From the NCBI GenBank assembly GCA_951406725.2, contig OX597832.1, positions 47,492,001 through 47,556,000 on the forward strand: a stretch of DNA of 64,000 nucleotides, given 5' to 3'. The notes under the pieces are model-generated. The model had not been told where the DNA came from, made no database searches, and was given only the letters and a program-made list of their open reading frames with translations. Positions 55,565-64,000 of this stretch are shown here, piece by piece (within the stretch, counting starts at the first letter, position 1; each line of letters begins with the position of its first letter). The translations under genes and the position numbers were made by a program. The DNA is from Octopus vulgaris (taxonomy: Eukaryota).

Positions 55565-56020
55565 TATGGATGTATGTATGTATGTATGTATGTATGTATG
55601 TATGTATGTATGTATGTATGTATGTATGTATGTATGTATGTATGTATGTATATATGTACGTATGTATGTATGTATATATGTACGTATGTAAGTATGTATG
55701 TATGTATGTATGTATGTAAGTATGTATGTATGTATGTATGTATGTATTTATGTATGTATGTATATATGTACGTATGTATGTATGTATGTATGTATGTATG
55801 TATGTATGTATGTATGTATGTATGTATGTATGTATGTATGTATGTATGTATGTATGTATGTATGTATGTATCTATCTATCTATCTATCTATCAATCTATC
55901 TATCTATGTATCTATCTATGTATGTATGTATCTATGTATAGAAGGATGGATGGATTGACATATGTATGTATGTATATATGTATGTATATATGCATGTATG
56001 TATATATGTATGTATGTATG
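55565..56020. repeat. (TATG)n/(TATC)n microsatellite
   Basis: Read directly. Confidence 0.95.
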
Positions 56021-56092
56021 TTGTGTGTATGTATTTATGTATTGGTTTTTGCATGTATATTTGTATGCATGTTTGTATGCACACACACATGC

Positions 56093-56158
<66 letters not shown>

Positions 56159-56561
56159 TCCAAACAAATATTTCTAATGTCCATGTTACTTCTTTACCCA
56201 ATCAGTCAAATTCGAATTCCAGAGTCTCTATGATAAGGTTACAATACAGTAGCAGTCCTCAAACCCTTGGGGGTCACGATATATATACGAGTGTGTGTGC
56301 GTGTGCTTCTGTGTGCGTGTGTTTGTTTGTGTGTGTGTGTGTGTGTGTGAAAAGGTCAGCAAGACAAAACGTAAAATATTCATAAATATTTTGTACACAA
56401 CGTCTATAATACATAACACGACATTAATTACAACATAAAGTGAGAAATATTTTGCCAAGAATTTCTGACTACAGGTGAGGGGGTAAAATATACCTGTGGA
56501 AATTGCTTTTTAAGTGTCAGGATGTGATGTCAAGTATATTTCGATATCATATTATATATCA

Positions 56562-56607
<46 letters not shown>

Positions 56608-56721
56608 CATACATACATACATACATACACACACACACATACATTCATACATACATACATACATACATACGCACATACACACGCACATACACACGCACAC
56701 GCACACACACACACACACACG

Positions 56722-56754
<33 letters not shown>

Positions 56755-56879
56755 GCGTGTGTGTGAGTATGTGAGTCCGTGTATATTTGTATGTATGTGC
56801 GTGGATGTGTTTGCGACGGTAACTAAGAAACAAAATCCATACCATGGTTTCACATGGAGACTTAAGGGAGAAACAAGCA

Positions 56880-56909
56880 GAAAGAAAGAATGAAAGGAAG
56901 GAAGAAAGT

Positions 56910-56945
<36 letters not shown>

Positions 56946-57048
56946 AAAGAAGGAAGGAAGGAAGGAAGGAAGAAAAGAAGGAAGGAAGGAAGGAAGAAAA
57001 GAAGGAAGGAAAGAAGAAAGAAAGAAGGAAAGAAGAAAGAAAGAAGGA

Positions 57049-57116
<68 letters not shown>

Positions 57117-57155
57117 AGAAAGAAAGTATGAAAGAAATAATGAAAGAAAGTATGA

Positions 57156-57206
<51 letters not shown>

Positions 57207-57310
57207 TATGAAAGAAAGAAAGAAAGAACTAAAGAAAGAAAGAAAGAAGAAAGAAAGTATGAAAGAAAGAAGAAAGAAAGAATGAAAGAAAGAAGGAAAG
57301 AAAGAAAGAA
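56880..57310. repeat. (GAAA)n/(GAAG)n polypurine tract
   Basis: Read directly. Confidence 0.95.
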
Positions 57311-57655
57311 ATCAGAGTCGAATCCAGCAACACCGATTGAGAAGTGCGGTCAGGGCTTCACAACCCTATCCAAACTCAATAGGAATGTTCAAGGAATCTT
57401 TATTTCTTCGTTAACGGTTCGGAGAACTGAGAGTCTCACGTGTCCTCGTGGGCATATGAGCTTCTTTTAAGCTGTGTGTGTGTGTGTGTGTGTGTGTACA
57501 TACATGCATACATATATATGTGCATATAGATGTATGTGTGTGTTTGTATATGCATACATATGTATTTATGCAGGTATGTACGCGTGTGTGTGTGTGTATA
57601 CATACATGCACACACATATATATATACATGCATATAGATGTGTGTGTGTTTGTAA

Positions 57656-57691
<36 letters not shown>

Positions 57692-58128
57692 ATGTATTAT
57701 ATACGCACGCACGCGTGTATGTGCGTGGATCTGCATGCGTCTTTCAGAGTCAGAACCCAACAGCGACTCCGACCAGTCAAATCAGTGCACCTTGGAGATA
57801 TTTTATTTCATCTCAACCAATAAAGAATAAGCTCAAGAACCCAGTTACCAAAAGATGTGACCTACTTCCCCTTTCCTTTGTCAATACGCACCTAACCTTT
57901 CAGGAGTTTTTTTTTTTTTTCTATTTTGCTCTGTCTTGTTTTGTTTTCAAAATTATGCATCCGTTCGTCGGAATGGTTTCTAACAAGATTTTGCACCTAA
58001 AATAATGTGAACTTTCTGTCAAGCATTGGTCTCTTCATGACCCGTGTACATTCATTTGGGTAGATATTATGTCCTTTCTTTCTGTAAGAATTCTAAGGAC
58101 TCTTAGAGCACTTACTTTATCGGACTAT

Positions 58129-58173
<45 letters not shown>

Positions 58174-58237
58174 TACATACATACACACATACACACATAC
58201 ACACATACATACATACATACATACATACATACATACA

Positions 58238-58273
<36 letters not shown>

Positions 58274-58301
58274 TATACATACACACACGCACGCACACAT
58301 A

Positions 58302-58534
58302 CAGGGTTGACCAAAAGTCACCTGAAAGTAAATCAAAACCACATAATTCCAGGATTTATTAATGCTTAACAACTGAATGAATTTAATAAAAGCATCTATA
58401 TATGAAACCATGAAAATTGTTCAAACTGAAGTCCTTCTTGAGCGACACATTTTTCCCATTCGAGTCAATACAGAATCACAGATAGTATCTATGGAATTTT
58501 GATTTTACTGTTGGGTGACTTTTGGCCAACCCCG
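58302..58534. mobile_element. Tc1/mariner-type MITE (233 bp)
   Basis: ~38-bp imperfect TIRs (cagggttgaccaaaagtcacc.. / ..gggtgacttttggccaaccccg) with TA on both sides; no ORF. Confidence 0.85.
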
Positions 58535-58582
58535 TATATACATATATATACACACAAACACACACACTCATAAATATACATC

Positions 58583-58687
<105 letters not shown>

Positions 58688-58718
58688 GAGATGTGGAACA
58701 CGAGTTGTGATATATAAA

Positions 58719-58936
58719 AAAGGATATGAAGAAAATGCTGACAAAATAATTTAAGTAATTTAAGTAATTTAATTAGGTGAAAGTTCTTTTTAACGGTTGC
58801 GCATTTGTTATGCTTATCAGATAAGAGGAAAAAACTTTTGATAAGCATAACAAATGCGCAACCGGTAAAAAGAACTTTCACCTAATTAAATTACTTAAAT
58901 TACTTAAATTATTTTGTCAGCATTTTCTTCATTTCC

Positions 58937-58939
<3 letters not shown>
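58719..58939. repeat. Long inverted duplication (hairpin)
   Basis: Near-perfect arms at 58719-58819 and 58839-58939, inside (TA)n. Confidence 0.92.
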
Positions 58940-58998
<59 letters not shown>

Positions 58999-59124
58999 TA
59001 ATCCAAACAAGAAAACAAAAAAGACAACAACGCAAAAGGTGGAACAATTAAAGTATTATTAGGCGCTCAGGAAAAAAGGGAAGAAGGATATATATGTATA
59101 TATGTATATATATATTCTTTCGTT

Positions 59125-59299
59125 CATTCTTTTACTTGTTTCAGTTATTTGGTTGCGGTCATGCTGGAGTCCCACCTTGAAAAAGAATTTAGTCGAACAA
59201 ATCGACCCCAGTACTTATGTTTTCGTTTTCTTCATACCTGGTACTTATGCTATCGGTCCTTTTCGCTGAACCACTAAGTTGTCCAGCGGTGGCGGAACA

Positions 59300-59388
<89 letters not shown>

Positions 59389-59570
59389 AATATATATGTA
59401 TATATATATACATATACGAGGGGCTTCTTTCAGTTTCTTACAAACAAATCCATTCACAAGGCTTTCGTCGGCCCGGTGCCTATAGTAGAAGGTTCTTGCC
59501 CCAAAGTTCCACGCAATGAGACTGAACTCGGAATCATGCGGTTGGGAAGCTAACTTCTTACCACGCACCT
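59125..59570 (-). mobile_element. SINE family A, diverged
   Basis: Reverse-complement match. Confidence 0.75.
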
Positions 59571-59634
59571 TATACTCCATATTCATTCCTTTATTTCTAT
59601 TGTTAATAAATTTGCTATCATATGTGATAATACT

Positions 59635-60048
59635 TATTTCTTTATTACCCACAAGGGGCTAAACACAGAGGGGACAAACAAGGACAGGCATAGGTATTAA
59701 GTCGATTACATCGACCCCAGTGCGTAACTGGTACTTTATTTATCGACCCCGAAAGGATGAAAGGCAAAGTCGACCTCGGCGGAATTTGAGCTCAGAATAT
59801 AACGACAGACGAAATACCTATTTCTTTACTACCCACAAGGGGCTAAACACAGAGCGGACAAACAAGGACAGACATAGGTATTAAGTCGATTACATCGACC
59901 CCAGTGCGTAACTGGTACTTAATTTATCGACCCCTAAAGGATGAAAGGCAAAGTCGACCTCGGCGGAATTTGAACTCACAACGTAACGCAGACGAAATAC
60001 CGCTAAGCATTTCGCCCGGCGTGCTAACGTTTCTGCCAGCTCGCTGCC
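59635..60048 (-). mobile_element. SINE family B dimer
   Basis: Two units with the same junction. Confidence 0.88.
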
Positions 60049-60571
60049 TATATATGATAATAACTTCAATCATTTTCCTTGAACTTCATTATAATAATAA
60101 GGGTTTTTTTTAAGGGATAATTTTCTGTATGACCTTTGCGAGATTTAGCCTATGCCTTAATCCGGCCAGCAAAAACCAACGAGTTTCTTATCCCTCTACA
60201 ACTTTACTTTTCTTAAGTATTCTTCAATGTGTTTCTATATTTCTCCTTTACAATCTCACACTCGATCTTATCAGCTAACTACCTGCAGATGAAGTTTCGT
60301 AGCAACACTAGTATTAAAAGCAGTAGTAGTTTCATTAGATGCGGCGGCAGTCGCAGCTGAGCATTCTCAAGAGACAATCAGTTTCAACAACTAACACAGA
60401 ACGGTTATGACGATCGCATGCCACATAGCTATAAACACATACTTAGATGTATATGATACGATTTCAATTACGGATTAAAAGTAGCTCTAGCAACGGAAAC
60501 ATTATCGGCTACACTCACACTACGTATGTGACCGATAAACTCTCTTCATATACATAAACATATATATATAT

Positions 60572-60633
<62 letters not shown>

Positions 60634-60640
60634 TAAATCT

Positions 60641-60938
60641 TGTTTACACTTTTTCGGGATCAGTGACTTTTCGTAACTGGTAAAAGGATATATGTATTTG
60701 CATTGGGACCCCTTCGCATCGAAGACCGGTGATTGTCGTGCGCTGACGACGGATAAATACTCAGAAACCCGGGTCCGTGCGTATCACGTCAGGTCGACGA
60801 TGGGAAGGATGGCTTCCCTTTGCAAATACAGATAGGGCAAAGAAAGTATGCCAATAGCCAGCTGGAGATGTTCTCCTGGGGCTACAAGCTACAGTAGCAT
60901 CCACCCTTAGTGGTTACCCACATTTAAGTGGCAAATAT
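60641..60938 (+). repeat. Hammerhead-bearing dispersed repeat (Penelope pLTR-like), copy 2
   Basis: Matches 20461-20690; its 3' part matches the arms of the 33511-33741 palindrome. Confidence 0.7.
60729..60787 (+). ncRNA. Type I hammerhead ribozyme motif (paralog of 20547)
   Basis: cgtgcg-CTGACGA-..-GAAA-cccggg-TC-cgtgcg. The stem III palindrome differs from the paralog; stem II is weakened. Confidence 0.78.
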
Positions 60939-60940
60939 AC

Positions 60941-60975
<35 letters not shown>

Positions 60976-61122
60976 ACATACAAACATACATACATACATA
61001 CATACATACATACATACATACATACATACATACATACATACATACATACATACATACATAAAAGTCGAGATTCTTTCAGTTTCCATTTATCATATTCATT
61101 CACAAATCTTTGGTTGATCATA

Positions 61123-62013
61123 CATTGGGTCATCCCATAAACAATGCTGTTTTTTTCAGTTGCATGAACGAAAAATCGGAGGGATAAACTACCTGCATCA
61201 ATTTCCTATAAGAGGAGGTAGTAATTTTACTCTGTACTTTATCTTAGTGCAAGTTTTGAAGAGTGCAGATCGATTTTAACAGTTATTTTTTTAAAGCTAT
61301 AATGAAAATGACAAAAGAGCATACTCGGCATATGTTGCTTTATGAATTCAATAATGGCAACAAGTGCGAGAAATATTAATGCATTATGGAGATCGGACAT
61401 TAAGCGTAAGCCGATGTCAACAGTGATTCTAGAAATTCCGAGCCAGAAACTACAACCTAGAAGATGAGCCTCGACCTGGAAAATCTGTAGAGCTTGACGA
61501 GGACGTCCTGGAAACCCTGGTGGAACAAAATATCATCTTAATTGTTGAGGATCTAGCAGAGAAGCTTGAATTTGGTCATTCGACCATTCATCGGCACCTG
61601 CGTGCCATCGGAAAACGACCATCTTTGGTTTGAAGACGAGAGGGATTCTTCCATCAGGATAATGCTCGGTCACATAGAACGAGTCTGGAGCAATCGGAAT
61701 GGGAAACGATGACCCACCCAACATATTCGTCGGACATGGCTCCATCAGGTTATCATTTATTCAGCTGTCTTCAAAACTATTTAGACGGAAAAAATATGAA
61801 TTCCGTAGATGAGACCAGAACAGTACTGGAGGAAAATTTTTCGTCACGGACAAATGAATTTTGGAAAAGGGGATTTGCAAGTTTACCAGCTAGATGGAAG
61901 AGCATTGTAGAAAATGAAGGAGAGTATATTTTAAATTTAAAAAGGACTTTGGTTATCTTAATTTTGGAAAATAAAAGTATTTAAAAACCGCATTATTTCT
62001 GGATGACCCAATA
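61123..62013 (+). mobile_element. Mariner transposon of a second family, internally deleted and decayed
   Basis: Imperfect TIRs attgggtcatcc..aatgc / gcatt..ggatgacccaat. Fragments translate to MKMTKEHTRHMLLYEF, LEDEPRPGK, FFHQDNARSH, HPTYSSDMAPSGYHLF and RWKSIVENEGEY. Confidence 0.88.
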
Positions 62014-62558
62014 TATTCGTTTTCCATTTTGGCACAAGGTCAGCTAGAATGCTCTTTGCAGTATTCTCTGCGTTCTTAATTCAAACTCCATAGAGGGCAA
62101 CATTGCTTTTTATTCTTCTAAGGTCGATGAAGTACCTGAGCGGATGGTGGAATGGTAAAACTTAGACCATCATAAGAGATGCCTCGCGGTATGTTCCAGT
62201 TCTTTGTGTTCTGAGTTAATCATTCGTCCACTGGAACACCACCCTTATTCCACCTGGCCAGTGTGAACAGGTAGACATACATTCAGTATAGCTAAACCGG
62301 TAACAAAACGTTGAGGCTTCAACCAGCAGTGGATTGAGAATGGTTACATGGAAATGTTAAGTAAACGAAGAGGTTATACCACATTCATCTCGCCGTGATC
62401 AGAAATAGTTGAATAGATCAAGCTATTAAACCGTCATAAAAGAAATAATACTCGGATTTTCTGTTGCTATTTACAGCGTTTATAAACTAGAATCTTGATA
62501 AACGGGCATATCTAATTTGCATAATAGTTCGTGTGCTAAAATTATGGAGTTAATTTAT

Positions 62559-62708
62559 AGGCGTAGGAGTAGCTGTGTGGTAAGTAGCTTGCTTACCAAC
62601 CACATGGTTCCGGGTTCAGTCCCACTGCGTGGCACCTTGGGCAAGTGTCTTCTACAATAGCCTCGGGCCGACCAAAGCCTTGGGAGTGGATTTGGTAGAC
62701 GGAAACAC

Positions 62709-62770
<62 letters not shown>

Positions 62771-63015
62771 GTATGTGTGTGTGTGTGTATGTGTGTGTGT
62801 GTATAGGTTATGTGTCTGTGTTTGTCTCCCACAACATCGCTTGACAACCGATACTGGTGTGTTTATGTCCCCGTAACTTAGCGGTCCGGCAAAAGTGACC
62901 GATAGAATAAGTACCAGTCTTACGAAGAATAAGTCCTGGGTTCGATTTGTTCGACTAAAGGCATTGCTCCAGGATGGCCGCAGTCAAATGACTGAAACAA
63001 GTAAAAGAGTAAAAG
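62559..63015 (+). mobile_element. SINE family A
   Basis: Full-length match. Confidence 0.9.
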
Positions 63016-63019
63016 GGCA

Positions 63020-63054
<35 letters not shown>

Positions 63055-63473
63055 TGTATGTATGTATGCATGTATGTATGTATGTATTTATGTATGTATG
63101 TATGTATGTATGTATGTATGTATGCATGTATGTATGCATGTATGTATGTATGTATATATGTATAGGTATATGTGTGTATATAATATTTACATTTATGCAT
63201 AGGCGTGTATGTATCTATAAATGTTGCTTTATTAAGCTACTCATCAACTTGGCACTTTAAAGATTTTTATTGTTTTCATTAACCGTTGGCCTCGTCATAG
63301 CCTTAGCTTCTTTCGTTTCCCATCGTCTGTACAAATTTCTCACAATTTATTCCTATAAACTCATAAAAACATGTACAATCCCATACCGATATGCAAACAC
63401 ACACACACACGCACAAACGCGCATTCCCACATGCGTACAGGTATCTATATATGGACTCTAAAATACACAAGCA

Positions 63474-63519
<46 letters not shown>

Positions 63520-63608
63520 AATAATAATAAGGGTAAAATTAATTAATTAGTAATTAATAATTTTACCAAGCAGTGTTCAGTATGTAAAAGGACCATTTAG
63601 GGTATATT

Positions 63609-63814
63609 TAAAACATTACGTTATATAATTAGGGTTCAGCAAAAAAGATTTACTTTACCACACGCCGAACTTTTAGAAATAGCAGCCAAAGAATTTAGCC
63701 ATTTCTCCTACTTCTTATAGTAGGAGGAAAAGCTAAATTCTTTGGCTGGTATTTCTAAAATTTCGGTGTGTGGTAAAGTAAATCTTCTTTTGCTGAACCC
63801 TAATTATATAAAGT

Positions 63815-63823
<9 letters not shown>
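63609..63823. repeat. Long inverted duplication (hairpin)
   Basis: ~105-bp arms centred on ctcctact-tcttat-agtaggag, inside (TA)n. Confidence 0.9.
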
Positions 63824-63879
<56 letters not shown>

Positions 63880-64000
63880 TATATTATATATTATATACAT
63901 TTGTATGTGAGTGTGTCTCTGTGCATATACAAAAATGTGTGTATATATGTATATATGTGTGTATGTCTGTATGTGTGTGTCTGTGTGTGTGTATGTGTGA

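Noticed and set aside
60282-60345. Minus-strand CTAATGA..GAAA motif
   Set aside because: The core is mutated and stems II and III do not pair.

Overview
Eukaryotic, AT-rich and extremely microsatellite-rich DNA. The repeat landscape suggests an intronic or intergenic region of a coleoid cephalopod (Octopus-like) genome; this is inference. I see no intact host protein-coding gene, and nearly all listed ORFs are translations of (TA)n, (TACA)n, (CA)n, (GATA)n, (ATT)n and (GA)n tracts. Supported content: two defective mariner transposons, one Tc1/mariner MITE, two hAT MITEs, a non-autonomous Helitron, 3' fragments of CR1-like, RTE-like and R4/Dong-like LINEs, three abundant tRNA-derived SINE groups, and one candidate spliced exon (45971-46339). 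The most notable signal is RNA-level. At least seven type-I hammerhead ribozyme motifs from several unrelated sequence families occur here, with palindromic minimal stem III and, in three cases, a CCGAAGA core variant. Most sit in or near (TA)n tracts, and some are linked to 60-110 bp inverted duplications, the architecture known from Penelope-like element pLTRs. There is also a ~550 bp non-coding element headed by a candidate HDV-like ribozyme. All structures were read by eye; coordinates of degenerate repeats are approximate.
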